From an uncultured Verrucomicrobiales bacterium (GTDB taxonomy: Bacteria > Verrucomicrobiota > Verrucomicrobiia > Verrucomicrobiales > DEV007), in NCBI GenBank assembly GCA_938091905.1, contig CALKOM010000026.1:7338-71337 (forward strand): 64,000 nt of DNA. Direction: 5' to 3'. The notes under the pieces were generated by a model that worked only from the letters and a program-made list of their open reading frames with translations, made no database searches and was not told where the DNA came from. Positions 1 through 9,894 of the stretch are shown here, one piece after another (the stretch's first letter is position 1; the number at the start of each line of letters is the position of its first letter). The translations under genes and the position numbers were made by a program.

Positions 1-56
1 TGGAAATAGTCGAAGATCTCTCCGCAAGATTCGCAGCGATATTCGTAGGTTGGCAT
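1..56 (-). CDS. FmdB-family putative regulatory zinc-ribbon protein; only the first 18 codons lie in the window
   Basis: Reverse complement of 1-56 reads ATG CCA ACC TAC GAA TAT CGC TGC GAA TCT TGC GGA = MPTYEYRCESCGEIFDYF. This is the canonical MP.YEYrC..CG start of FmdB/CxxC zinc-ribbon proteins. It is truncated, so it is absent from the ORF track. Confidence 0.7.
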   Translation of the reverse strand, partial: MPTYEYRCESCGEIFDYF

Positions 57-81
57 GGAGTTTCTTTGGGTAAACGCTTTG

Positions 82-399
82 TTAGAAGCCCATGCCTGGA
101 AGACCGCCGGGCATGCCGCCGGTGACTTTCTCCATCTCAGACGCCATGAGCGCTTTGGCTTTCTCCTGAGCTTGTTTGACGCCACTGAGAACGAGATCTT
201 CTAGCATCTCCACGTCATCGGCGTCCACGACGGCTGGATCAATCTTTACGCCGAGAATGTCGCCGCTGCCATTTGCGGTGACGGAGACCTTCCCACCACC
301 TGCTGTGGCTTCCACGGTCTTGTCGGCGAGTTCAGCTTGGGCAGACTGCATCTTTGTCTGCATTTGCTGCACCTGTTTCATCATTTTATTAATGTTCAT
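82..399 (-). CDS. ybaB: Nucleoid-associated protein YbaB/EbfC
   Basis: 105-aa ORF with MMKQVQQMQ..Q..L......A.AGGG.V.V..NG......I.ID...VD..D.EMLEDLV and a Gly/Pro-rich tail. It lies directly downstream of dnaX, the classical dnaX-ybaB order. Confidence 0.9.
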   Translation of the reverse strand: MNINKMMKQVQQMQTKMQSAQAELADKTVEATAGGGKVSVTANGSGDILGVKIDPAVVDADDVEMLEDLVLSGVKQAQEKAKALMASEMEKVTGGMPGGLPGMGF

Positions 400-422
400 A
401 GCGTTTGGTGTCGTGGTAAGCG

Positions 423-2216
423 TTAGTCTTGCTTCTCCAGAGTGCCTTCGAAGAGTTCGAGGGCCTTCTGGATGAGCGGGTCATCTTCGAATTTCTCCTG
501 ATCGATGGGCTCGGTAGGAGGTGCCGTCAAGGGGGGAGCTTGGCTGCTTTGTGCCCCTTGTGTTTCAAATGGAGGAGATTCCTGTGCCGAGCGTTGGGGT
601 TCAGCCGCGTTTGGCACGCTCCGAGCAATGCCTGTCACGGCATCAGAAGGAGCCGCGATCTTGGGAGGTTCGGCCTTTGGACCCATAGGCACGCTGTCAT
701 CTGCGATGCATTCCAGGCGAAGCCTCTTCCCCGAAATCTCCTGGAGGGCTCTCTCAATATCGCTCTTGGTCTGATCGGCACGCTGCCGCCCAAAGTCAGT
801 CGAGTTGAAGCGGACAGTAAACTGATCGCCATCGATCTGGCTGAAGATCGCTTGCGCGAATAGAAGGGGAAACTTCTGCTGCAGCTGACGCCAAATTTGT
901 TTGGGGTCGTCCGTCGGGCCACGAGGCGTCTCGGCTGTAGCTTCTGGTTCGGGACGAGTTGATGTTGCTGCTGGCTGAGATGGCACCGACGATGGTGTTG
1001 GCTGTGGGGCGACACTCGACGCAGGCTTGGTTGCCGCTGTGGCTGTGGCTGCGGCGGGGAAAGCGGCTGGCAATGGACTGTCGGTGATGGCACCACTGAG
1101 GACTTTGATCACATCGCTAAGATTGCTTTCCTGAACTCGCTGCACGGCTTTAATCACGCCGATCTCGAAATGCATCTTCTTGTTAGGCGCCCACTTCATG
1201 CGCACGTCTGTCTCCGCGAAGTGGTCGATGAGCTCTAAGAGGCGATCGGTTTCAATGAGCTCTCCTTGCTGGCGGATCGTGTCGGCTACTTGATCGGCCA
1301 TGCCTTCGAGGGCGTTAGTAGGATCAACTTTGAAGACCAAGAGATTCCGCAGATAGGTGATGAGATCCGCGAGGAGCTTGGTCAGATCCTTACCAGCTTC
1401 GGTCTGTTCATGCACTACTTCGAGTGCCTCGACCGTGCGGTGTTCTAGAATGCCGGTGGTAAGCTTGGCAACGGTCTCATGTGAGGTGAAGCCAAAGATA
1501 TCCAGGACGTGGTTTTCGCTGATCTCGGCACCACAGAAAGCGACCAGCTGATCTAACATCGATTGGGCATCCCGCATGCCACCATCGGCGCCTTTGGCCA
1601 CACTATGGGCAGCCATGTCATCGAGCTGGACATTCTCTTCTTTCGCAATGTGTAAGAGATGCTCGGCAATGATATGCTCGGGGATCGGCCGCAAATCGAA
1701 GCGTTGGCAGCGACTGAGAATTGTAGGTAGGATCTTGTTAGGTTCCGTTGTTGCGAAGATAAACTTCACGTGTGGCGGTGGTTCTTCCAGCGTCTTGAGC
1801 AAGGCGTTGAAGGCCGCGGTTGTTAGCATGTGGACCTCGTCAATATAGTAGATCTTGTAGCGTCCACGAGAGGGGGCGAACTTCGCATTGTCTCGCAATT
1901 CGCGGACTTGTTCGACACCGTTGTTACTCGCGCCGTCGATTTCTAGGACATCCAGGCTGTTTCCTTCAGCGATCTCTTTACAGATGTCCTCGTGAGGATC
2001 GAAGTCGGCACTCGGGCCATTGTCGCAGTTGAGTGCTTTAGCGAGAATGCGAGCAGTCGTCGTCTTGCCGGTGCCTCGAGGGCCCACGAAGAGATAGGCC
2101 TGGGCAATGCGCTCTTTGGAGATCGCATTGCGAAGGGTCTGTACAACATGATCTTGACCAAGAATCTGGTCGAAGGTCAGGGGTCGATATTTCCTCGCGA
2201 ATACCTGGTAAGCCAC
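423..2216 (-). CDS. dnaX: DNA polymerase III subunit gamma/tau
   Basis: 597-aa ORF. N-terminus ARKYRPLTFDQILGQDHV, Walker A GPRGTGKTT, IDEVHMLT, SRCQRF sensor motif. The C-terminal half is Pro/Ala/Ser-rich, as in tau. Confidence 0.95.
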   Translation of the reverse strand: MAYQVFARKYRPLTFDQILGQDHVVQTLRNAISKERIAQAYLFVGPRGTGKTTTARILAKALNCDNGPSADFDPHEDICKEIAEGNSLDVLEIDGASNNGVEQVRELRDNAKFAPSRGRYKIYYIDEVHMLTTAAFNALLKTLEEPPPHVKFIFATTEPNKILPTILSRCQRFDLRPIPEHIIAEHLLHIAKEENVQLDDMAAHSVAKGADGGMRDAQSMLDQLVAFCGAEISENHVLDIFGFTSHETVAKLTTGILEHRTVEALEVVHEQTEAGKDLTKLLADLITYLRNLLVFKVDPTNALEGMADQVADTIRQQGELIETDRLLELIDHFAETDVRMKWAPNKKMHFEIGVIKAVQRVQESNLSDVIKVLSGAITDSPLPAAFPAAATATAATKPASSVAPQPTPSSVPSQPAATSTRPEPEATAETPRGPTDDPKQIWRQLQQKFPLLFAQAIFSQIDGDQFTVRFNSTDFGRQRADQTKSDIERALQEISGKRLRLECIADDSVPMGPKAEPPKIAAPSDAVTGIARSVPNAAEPQRSAQESPPFETQGAQSSQAPPLTAPPTEPIDQEKFEDDPLIQKALELFEGTLEKQD

Positions 2217-2267
2217 GGCGTGACTGTAGGAACAGGACGCTGATTTGAAATCCCTTTTTAAGATATT

Positions 2268-3314
2268 TTAGGAGTCGGATGAACCTGATTTCACGCAGCG
2301 AAAGCCGGTATGGTTCGTCGAGGTGATCATATCGGAGATCTGACGGGCACTAGGCCGGTAACCTTTGCAGTAGCAGTCGTTGCAGAGGAAGGAGCCGCCT
2401 CGGATCACTTTGTGCGGCGTGGTGGCAAGCTGAGGGCGGGTATCGGAGTTTTGGCGAAGGCGGCTCGTTGGATCGAGCACCTGGTCCTCGGTAGGACCGT
2501 CGGGTGCAAATTTCGGACTCTTCATGTAGTAGTCTGGATCGTACCAATCGGCGACGAACTCCCAGACGTTACCTGAGATATCGTAGAGACCGTAGCCGTT
2601 AGGCTTGAACGACTTTATCGGCGCGGTCTGCGCGAAGCCATCTTCATTGGTATTCTCATGGGGGAAATCGCCTTGCCAGAGATTGGCCTGGAGCTCGCCT
2701 TCAGGGGCAAAGTCGTCTCCCCAAGCGTAGGTCGTGTCCTTGAGGCCACCGCGAGCCGCATATTCCCACTCGGCTTCGGTTGGAAGCCGCTTGCCTGCCC
2801 ATTTGGCGTATGCTGCGGCATCGTCCCAGGAAATGCAGACCACTGGGTGATCATCCAGACCCTCGATCGAGCTATCGGGGCCTTGGGGGTGACGCCAATC
2901 CGCGCCCGGCACGAACTTCCACCAACGCATATGATCGGTGAGAGGTACAGGGCCGTCGGTTTTCTGAAAAATCAGGGATCCTGCCAAGAGGGCCTCGGGA
3001 GGAGCATTCGGATACTCTTCGGCACTAAAGGCTTTCTCTCCCTGCGTGATGTGGGCAGTGGCTTCGACGAACGCTCTGAACTCAGCGTTCGTGACCTCAG
3101 CATCGTCCATCCAAAAGCCTTTCATGCGGACCGCATGCACGGGTTGCTCATTCGGGAGTCCTTCTCTGGAACCCATCTCAAACTCCCCATCGGGAATCCA
3201 GACCATGTCTGTCGGCTTGTCGCCTTGCTTGGCGACGGCTCCATCCTCGACCGAAGCCTGGCGCTGGCAGGCAGCTAGGAGCAAGCAGGCGACGAGCATG
3301 AGGAGACAGTGCAT
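2268..3314 (-). CDS. Formylglycine-generating enzyme (SUMF1/FGE family), probable lipoprotein
   Basis: Motifs WEYAARGG, GNVWEFVADWY and RGGSFLC match FGE-sulfatase domains. I take the start at ATG 3314 (MHCLLMLVACLLLAAC lipobox-like signal). The 3440 start in the ORF track would overlap the divergent hisA-like gene. Confidence 0.85.
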   Translation of the reverse strand: MHCLLMLVACLLLAACQRQASVEDGAVAKQGDKPTDMVWIPDGEFEMGSREGLPNEQPVHAVRMKGFWMDDAEVTNAEFRAFVEATAHITQGEKAFSAEEYPNAPPEALLAGSLIFQKTDGPVPLTDHMRWWKFVPGADWRHPQGPDSSIEGLDDHPVVCISWDDAAAYAKWAGKRLPTEAEWEYAARGGLKDTTYAWGDDFAPEGELQANLWQGDFPHENTNEDGFAQTAPIKSFKPNGYGLYDISGNVWEFVADWYDPDYYMKSPKFAPDGPTEDQVLDPTSRLRQNSDTRPQLATTPHKVIRGGSFLCNDCYCKGYRPSARQISDMITSTNHTGFRCVKSGSSDS

Positions 3315-3404
3315 GAGTGAACCTTGAGCGGCAGTGTGCTGGCGTGCAAGTCTGGGCTTCTCTGGGTTGACCAGCAATCGCAGCGCAGCGAAAGGAAACC
3401 CATC

Positions 3405-4190
3405 ATGACGCGCTTTCGCCCCTGCATCGACCTTCATCAAGGCCAGGTGAAACAGATCGTCGGGGGGACTCTTAATGACGACACAGGGTTAGCGGAGACG
3501 AACTTTGTCAGCGAGCAGCCACCAGCATTCTTTGCCAAGACTTATGCGGAGGACGGATTGACTGGTGGTCATGTGATCAAGTTAGGTCCAGGAAACGAAG
3601 AGGCTGCGCTAGAGGCTCTCCACGCCTATCCAAACGGGCTTCAGTTGGGAGGTGGTGTCTGTGTGGACAATGCGGCGGGCTTTCTCGAAGCAGGAGCGAG
3701 TCATGTCATTGTGACTTCAATGCTCTTTGACACGAATGGTAGGTTTCAGGAAGACTTGTTAGATAAACTGATTACAGAGGTAGGAAAGGATCACGTTGTC
3801 TTGGATCTCAGTTGCCGCCGGACTGAGGATGGTTGGCAAGTGGCCATGAACCGTTGGCAAACGCTCACAGATCTCGCAGTAACCGCGAAGACACTCGAGC
3901 AGTTGTCAAGTTATGCGGCTGAGTTCTTGGTTCACGCTGCCGATGTTGAAGGCAAATGTGAGGGTGTGGATGAAGACTTGGTGCAGAAGTTGGGAGAATG
4001 GGCGACCTTACCCATGACGTACGCAGGTGGTGCACGATCCATGGCCGATCTGGCTTTGGTCGATCAACTCAGTGGTGGAAACGTCGACCTAACGATCGGC
4101 AGCGCACTCGACCTCTTTGGAGGGGCCGGGGCGGCATATACTGATTGTGTCAGTTGGAACAAAAAGACCTTCCCAGTAACAGGGGGCTGA
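3405..4190 (+). CDS. hisA: ProFAR isomerase HisA, eukaryote-like (His6) subtype
   Basis: MTRFRPCIDLHQGQVKQIVGGTL... and VHAADVEGKCEGVD.. resemble the His6/hisA_euk family. Start taken at ATG 3405 (Met28 of the tracked ORF). No other his genes are nearby. Confidence 0.7.
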   Translation: MTRFRPCIDLHQGQVKQIVGGTLNDDTGLAETNFVSEQPPAFFAKTYAEDGLTGGHVIKLGPGNEEAALEALHAYPNGLQLGGGVCVDNAAGFLEAGASHVIVTSMLFDTNGRFQEDLLDKLITEVGKDHVVLDLSCRRTEDGWQVAMNRWQTLTDLAVTAKTLEQLSSYAAEFLVHAADVEGKCEGVDEDLVQKLGEWATLPMTYAGGARSMADLALVDQLSGGNVDLTIGSALDLFGGAGAAYTDCVSWNKKTFPVTGG

Positions 4191-4239
4191 TGTCCTAGTG
4201 TTCCTTCTCGGTAGAGATGCGGAGGCGTGAAGAGGCTGA

Positions 4240-7200
4240 TTACCGGGCGATACGAATCCGCAGAAAGCCTGGTCTGTCTTCCTCTGAAGTCAGCTCCCAA
4301 GTGCTGCGTGCGGTATCGCCCTCGACCGAGGTTTCTGGTGGTCCAAGATCGAGCGTTGTCCATGTGACCAGATCAGTCGACTGTTCGACGCCTAGATCGT
4401 TAGCCAAGCTGGCGATATGCTGTTGGTGCAGTCGATAGGAAGTCGAGGAGACTGCTTCGATTTGCGGATGATAGCCGGAATCTGAATCATTCGGGTCGGA
4501 ACCTAGCAAAGATTCAACGAGGTCGTTCAAGCCGTCATTGTCAGAATCCTTGCTCGCCGATGGCGTCGTGGCACTGCTGCCGTCGACGGTATGCGTTCCT
4601 GGAGAGCCGCCTTCTGCCGCTGAGAGTTTCCAAGCACTAGCGTCTTGAGCATCTGCTATGTTGGCCCAGACAAGGCTGTGACCTTGGCCGTCTGCTTCTG
4701 CAGGCCAGGATTCCCCGTCGTTGTAGTTCACATCGACAATGTCTTCGCCGGCTGAGTTCTCAAGTGTCACGCGTTCGCCATCATTGCTCAACTTACCTGT
4801 GTAGTGGCCGAGAATCAGGGCTTCATCAATGTCGCCATGACGATGTGCAAAGCCCTCACGATTCTTCACGAGGAGGACAGACTCCAAGGGCGCGAGAAGG
4901 CGTTCGTGTGGTGAGAGCGTATTGAAATCAAATTGAATACCACGGGAGAACTTTGCTCCGCTCAAGTCAATGGTTGATGCGCTGGTATTGGTGAGTTCGA
5001 GGTATTCGAAGACGCTGCTTGTCTTGAATCCGCTGAATTCTTCTAGCGGGGCGGGATCCGTTGGGTGATACATGATCTCTGACACGATTACATTCTCGAA
5101 TGAGGCCACTTCATGATCTAGGAGGTAGGTACGGGAAGCTCGGGGTGACCATGTATCGCCGTCGCGTAATCGAGTCTGGATAGTCATGGTGCTATCGACG
5201 AGAATGGGACCTTCGTAGGCCTTGGCGACTGGATTGAGTTCCCCGCCTCTTATTCTCGGGTCAGAACCGTCGGTGGTGTAGTAGATGGTTTCCTGTGGAT
5301 ACTTGTCACGGTCGAAGAGGCCACCTTTGTGCGGAATGATTTCAATTTCAGTAGCACTAGTAAGAGCTCCTGGAGGAGTGCTAAGGTTGGGTGCACGGTA
5401 AATCTTGTTATCGACGACGATACTTTGGTCATCCATCCAATCCAGACGATCCAGGAACCATTCCTTGAGATAATCGATCTCGTCTTGCCAAGCGTCCACG
5501 CGTGTAGAGGCGGATGGGTTTGGCCATTGTCGGGTGCCTAGGAATGGGTATTTGCGGAAATGCCGAGCTACAGGATTTTGAACACTGTCGGGCTCGCGAT
5601 TGCCGACGGGTTCGGTGTAACCGTCTAACAGTGTTTCTACGTGGCCGTCAATAGTCGCGAGTACGGCTTCGTCTGATAGGAAACTGTGGCGCATATGCCA
5701 GTAACGATCCCAGTGGGCCAGGTGATACTCAGGATCCTTGTGCAGATCTGGATACCAGATCTGTCCATGGCCGTTCCGGTTGTCGTAGAGCCATCCATCC
5801 GTGCGATCACCGGTGGCGTAGTCGGCGTTGCCGAGCGAGATATTAAAATCCCAGAGTGGGCCGGCACGTAGCTTGCCGTTCCGGTCTTTGTGCCAATAGG
5901 TGCTGAAGACGTAGCCGTCGACCTGTCTCGTGAGTTCGACGAACCACTGGGCATCGATGAACGTGCTGACGTCGATGTACTTTCGATAGCCTTTCGTTGG
6001 GTGGTCGAAACTGTCACTCACCAATGCCTGCTCGAAACTGTTCAGATAGCCTTTGATGTAGTCGAGCTGTTGTGGGTTGAATCGATCCGGATCGAAACTC
6101 TGCAGTCTGGTGATATTCCTTACCGTGGTGCTCCAGTTGTTCTTGCCGCTGTCATCCTTGTCTTTTCGGATAATGTAGCCGCCGGTAATCTTGTTTGGGT
6201 CCGTGGTGTCGAAATTCAGATTCTCGATAGGGACGCGGTTGCGGCCCCGTTTGATCTTCTCCATGAGCAGGTAGATGCCCTGATAGGCATCATACCCCAG
6301 AGCATCGCCGTCTCCGCTTTGAATAAACAGTTCACAGAACTCTGCTCGCATGGAAGTGCCGTCTGCACCGCGAAGTTTGCGCATCCAGTCGAAGATGAGC
6401 TTATTCCGCATGAGTGATTTCTCGCTCCACGGGCCATAGAGAGCCCAGTCAGAATCGGCGGGCATTCCTAGTAAACTCACATCGTTGTCATCGCCATCCT
6501 CGTCTTGGATTTCTAATGCGTAGCTCTTCTGCCCGAAGCCAGCGGAACTTTCGCCACGCAGATGCACGCCGCATGGACCAGCGTATTCCTGTTCCGTGGT
6601 GCCGAGAGTGGTGCGCTTGGTTTCACCATCGGGTGAGGTCACGCTGACAAAACAAGATTTGAAGTCGCGGCCGTTGTTGAGATTCTGACCCTGAGAATCA
6701 ATGACGATGACGGGTAAATTTGATTCAAAGGCTTGGCCGGTTTCTGCAAACGAAGTCATGGAGTCGTCCATGACAACGAATCCCCGCGTCTTCAGTCGGC
6801 TAGATAGGTGCCCAGGAAGAGTTGCTTGGGCCGTGATGATTTGAGTTTTACTGATTGTGATAGGCCCGGTATAACTTGGAGTAAAGAGTGAGGGTGTTTG
6901 GCCATCGAGGGAATAGCGAATCTTGGCTTCTGGATGATTGGGAACCTCCATGACCAGCTCCACACTCCCATTGATGAGTCCTCCTTGGTGCGAGAATTGC
7001 ACACCCGGAGTGAGTCCCATGGTGGAGGGCGAGGTGTTGTTCACCTCGTTTGGAGTGGCTGGAAAGAAATAGCCTTCTTTGCCGCTTCTGACACCGAAGG
7101 AGACATTCTTCCCCAGGGCAGGGTAGGTGAGGGCATGAGCGACCGTTTGATTAGGCTCTAACAAAGCCAGATAGCCACCGGAGTTTTCTAAGACAAAGTC

Positions 7201-7515
7201 TGCGTGAGGCCGGAAGGCCGCCGCAGCGCCTTGTCGATTCTTACCAGAGGCAAAGATCAACTGGACGGTATTGGGCTCCAGGACCAGATCACGAATTGTC
7301 CACGCTGTAGCTGCTGCCTCGCTTGTGGTGACTAGCCAGCCTTCGAGGTCTACCGCGCTGTCGCTTGTATTGTAGAGCTCGAACCAGTCTGGCTCGTCGG
7401 TGTCTTCGTCCTCGTACTTGGTATTCTCAGTAGCGATCTCCGATAGGAGGACTTGCCCATGCATAATGGCAGGTCCGAGGATGAGAAGACATAGGAACGG
7501 AAAAAGGCGTTTCAT
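4240..7515 (-). CDS. Secreted CotH-family protein with two lamin-tail (LTD) domains and a C-terminal DxDxDG (thrombospondin-type-3-like) module
   Basis: 1091 aa with a signal peptide (MKRLFPFLCLLILGPAIMHG). LTD-like segments: EIATEN...DWFELYNTSDSAVDLEGW and SEIMYHP...EYLELTNTSASTIDLSGAKF. Central CotH-like region: YQGIYLLMEKIKRGRNRV. C-terminal DSDNDGLNDLVESLLGSDPNDSDS. Confidence 0.8.
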   Translation of the reverse strand: MKRLFPFLCLLILGPAIMHGQVLLSEIATENTKYEDEDTDEPDWFELYNTSDSAVDLEGWLVTTSEAAATAWTIRDLVLEPNTVQLIFASGKNRQGAAAAFRPHADFVLENSGGYLALLEPNQTVAHALTYPALGKNVSFGVRSGKEGYFFPATPNEVNNTSPSTMGLTPGVQFSHQGGLINGSVELVMEVPNHPEAKIRYSLDGQTPSLFTPSYTGPITISKTQIITAQATLPGHLSSRLKTRGFVVMDDSMTSFAETGQAFESNLPVIVIDSQGQNLNNGRDFKSCFVSVTSPDGETKRTTLGTTEQEYAGPCGVHLRGESSAGFGQKSYALEIQDEDGDDNDVSLLGMPADSDWALYGPWSEKSLMRNKLIFDWMRKLRGADGTSMRAEFCELFIQSGDGDALGYDAYQGIYLLMEKIKRGRNRVPIENLNFDTTDPNKITGGYIIRKDKDDSGKNNWSTTVRNITRLQSFDPDRFNPQQLDYIKGYLNSFEQALVSDSFDHPTKGYRKYIDVSTFIDAQWFVELTRQVDGYVFSTYWHKDRNGKLRAGPLWDFNISLGNADYATGDRTDGWLYDNRNGHGQIWYPDLHKDPEYHLAHWDRYWHMRHSFLSDEAVLATIDGHVETLLDGYTEPVGNREPDSVQNPVARHFRKYPFLGTRQWPNPSASTRVDAWQDEIDYLKEWFLDRLDWMDDQSIVVDNKIYRAPNLSTPPGALTSATEIEIIPHKGGLFDRDKYPQETIYYTTDGSDPRIRGGELNPVAKAYEGPILVDSTMTIQTRLRDGDTWSPRASRTYLLDHEVASFENVIVSEIMYHPTDPAPLEEFSGFKTSSVFEYLELTNTSASTIDLSGAKFSRGIQFDFNTLSPHERLLAPLESVLLVKNREGFAHRHGDIDEALILGHYTGKLSNDGERVTLENSAGEDIVDVNYNDGESWPAEADGQGHSLVWANIADAQDASAWKLSAAEGGSPGTHTVDGSSATTPSASKDSDNDGLNDLVESLLGSDPNDSDSGYHPQIEAVSSTSYRLHQQHIASLANDLGVEQSTDLVTWTTLDLGPPETSVEGDTARSTWELTSEEDRPGFLRIRIAR

Positions 7516-7576
7516 AGCAACGCCAATCTATTCAAGGCCGATCGAGGTTGTCGATCAGTGAAATCATCTTGGCGCT

Positions 7577-8296
7577 CTACGATCGGCGGCGTCTCGCCAG
7601 GCTTGTTAGCCCAAGCAAGACGAGGAGTGCTGAACTCGGCTCGGGAATGACATTCGAGATGCCTGCCGTGTCATCGGTGCCAAGACCAAAGCCGCCGATG
7701 GCCCAATCACCATTTCCATCGGTTAACCGGAATGCATGGCCTGGAACAAAGTTTCCATCTGGTCCCACGGCAGCCCCTCCTAAACCATCCCAGTAGACGT
7801 GGTTGTCGCCATCAGCCAGGGGAATTCCATTTACAGTTTCCTGTAGGCTGAGGGCGTCAATTACACCGCTCCAAGGGGTCACATCGAGGACACCATCGTT
7901 GTCGGTATCGAGATGGTCGCCATCCATACCGGTGAATCCTTCGACCAAAGCATACGTAACGTTGTCACTGTTTTCGAAATTGAGGTCTGTCGTGAAATCG
8001 GCCATCCCGACGCTAAAGCTTGCTTCGGCCACCAGGAAATAAGGGTCACTGGCGAAGGCATTGGTGATGCCCGCGAAGCTCGTCACATTCTCGATGATTC
8101 CGCTGTTCTCTCCAGTATCGCCGAGGACGATCAGGGTGAGACCGTCGACGGAATCTGAGCCTGGTGAATCCGAGAAGAGCTCGACGTATTCATCGTTGTC
8201 GGCACCAGGCATATCAAGTCGCAGCTCATTGAGGAAGATGGAGGCAGAGGCGATGGAGGCAGAGGCGAGGAGGCAAGAAGCGAGAAGCAGTTTCAT
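7577..8296 (-). CDS. LTD-like secreted protein with PEP-CTERM sorting signal
   Basis: Signal peptide MKLLLASCLLASASIASA; FLNELRLDMPGADNDEYVELF (LTD-like). The C-terminus VIPEPSSALLVLLGLTSLARRRRS is a PEP motif, a TM helix and a basic tail. Confidence 0.8.
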   Translation of the reverse strand: MKLLLASCLLASASIASASIFLNELRLDMPGADNDEYVELFSDSPGSDSVDGLTLIVLGDTGENSGIIENVTSFAGITNAFASDPYFLVAEASFSVGMADFTTDLNFENSDNVTYALVEGFTGMDGDHLDTDNDGVLDVTPWSGVIDALSLQETVNGIPLADGDNHVYWDGLGGAAVGPDGNFVPGHAFRLTDGNGDWAIGGFGLGTDDTAGISNVIPEPSSALLVLLGLTSLARRRRS

Positions 8297-8449
8297 AGTT
8301 TTTGGAGAAGTAGCTCTTACTATCGAGGGTGCCAGATTCTGCTTTGGTGTAAAGCGACAAACACGACACGGTGTACGCCAAGGTAAGACCTTTTAGACTT
8401 GCCAAGGGCGTTCCTGCTGTGAACGTTCAATTATTAGCTTTTCACAGAC

Positions 8450-9337
8450 ATGCTTTCGATTCGTCAACTGATCCTCATTCCTCTCCCTCTCTTCGTCACT
8501 TTACTCTCGTCGGCCCGCGCGCAGATAGAGGTGCGTTTAGAGGCAGAGAGTCGTACGTATGTCGCGAATTCCGCTGTGAATGTGAAAGTTCGTGTGATTA
8601 ATCGCGCGGCCAAAGCGGTGACGTTGCGCGGGCCGAGCCCAGCGACTAGTTGGCTGAATTTCCGCATCACTAATAGCAAAGGCGACCTCGTCACGTCCCG
8701 TCCGGGAGCGCCGTCGGCGAAACCGCTCAACATTGGTGCTTCGAAGTCGGTGACGGTCAGGGTGAATCTTAACCAAGCCTATCCAGTGGATCGTTTCGGT
8801 AACTACCAAGTCACCGCAAATGTCTATGATCCGAGCGCTGATCGCTACCTGAGTTCCGCGCCGCAGATGGTGACCATCGATGAAGCAAAGGCGATTTGGC
8901 AGCGGACCGCTGGTCTCTCCGATGGAAGCAAGTATGAATACTCGCTGCTGGCACACCGTGGCCAAGATAAAACAGGTCTCTACTACAGGATGAAAGATGC
9001 CAATACGGGATACATCAAGAAGACCTACAGGCTCGGTGAAATGGTACGCTACCGCCCACCGCAGGCCGCGATTGACGCTCAACGTGAGCTTCACGTTCTC
9101 TACCTCGGAGCACCACGCCAATACATCTACGACCGAATTGGTTCCGATGGCAAATTCATCAAACGCAAGCTGATTTCCGAAGAGAAAGGGAGTCGTCCTG
9201 ATCTCCTCCAAGGCCGTGATGGTCATGTGCGCGTGGAAGGCGGTGTCGATCCTAAAGAGAAGGGCCGCGAAAAGCGCCGCCAACTCGAAGACCTCGCCCG
9301 CATTCGCCGGAGTTCTGCTCGTCCACCTGGCTTTTAG
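8450..9337 (+). CDS. Hypothetical secreted protein
   Basis: 295-aa ORF with a clear signal peptide (LILIPLPLFVTLLSSARAQ). I recognise no family. A 248-aa antisense ORF across it is judged spurious. Confidence 0.6.
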   Translation: MLSIRQLILIPLPLFVTLLSSARAQIEVRLEAESRTYVANSAVNVKVRVINRAAKAVTLRGPSPATSWLNFRITNSKGDLVTSRPGAPSAKPLNIGASKSVTVRVNLNQAYPVDRFGNYQVTANVYDPSADRYLSSAPQMVTIDEAKAIWQRTAGLSDGSKYEYSLLAHRGQDKTGLYYRMKDANTGYIKKTYRLGEMVRYRPPQAAIDAQRELHVLYLGAPRQYIYDRIGSDGKFIKRKLISEEKGSRPDLLQGRDGHVRVEGGVDPKEKGREKRRQLEDLARIRRSSARPPGF

Positions 9338-9894
9338 TCTAAGGAGCGATGGATTTCACGAAGAAGGCTGCGCTATTAAGTTCCCGCCAGGAGGCGTAGG
9401 CTGCTTGAGAAATGAGAGAGAACGCTTGTCGTGGCTATTTTTCGATCTAGCGAAGTTAGAGAGAGCTGGGGAAGACGTTCGCTATTCGCAGGTCCAGTCG
9501 CTCAAAGCGCGGCGCTATCACTCAGACGTACCAGCTGCCTCAGACGAAAGTGAGGATATTATGAAGACCCCGACAGCCGTGGAGAAATGTTCCGCCATGG
9601 TGATCGGTGACATTATTTCAAAATACGACGTCGAGCGCTAGGGAATGTTTGGTTCCATGTTTACGTAGCGAAATGTCATGGCAATCGGGCGTTTCAATGC
9701 CTGATCCCCTGGGTAAAACAGGGACGTTTAGCGACCGTCTAGGTCGAATGGGGGCCAGAGAAAGCACAGTGGTATCTCCATCTTGATGAGCCGTCGCTAC
9801 GCGAGGGATGTGGTCAGTGCTCGCGTAAACTTTTGTGATGAGGGGCAATCGCTACCAACCGACAACGTAAGACGGTTTAAGTGTCGTAGTTCGT

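Noticed and set aside
423-2216. A possible programmed frameshift site (A_AAA_AAG) in dnaX producing a gamma subunit, as in E. coli.
   Set aside because: I did not see an A_AAA_AAG or similar heptamer in the dnaX frame when reading it. The search was by eye, so it cannot be fully excluded.
8537-9283. A long antisense ORF (248 aa) lies opposite the 8450..9337 gene. Similar shadow ORFs occur opposite many genes, for example 21240..21956, 25707..26252 and 32031..32525.
   Set aside because: They have no recognisable motifs or signal features and lie fully inside better-supported genes on the other strand. Such shadow ORFs are typical of moderately GC-rich coding DNA.
9338-9894. A structured RNA gene (tmRNA, RNase P or 6S) in the long convergent intergenic gap.
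   Set aside because: Only short 5-6-bp local hairpins are present, and none of the conserved tmRNA, RNase P or SRP sequence blocks is visible. The gap is kept only as a low-interest note in the findings.
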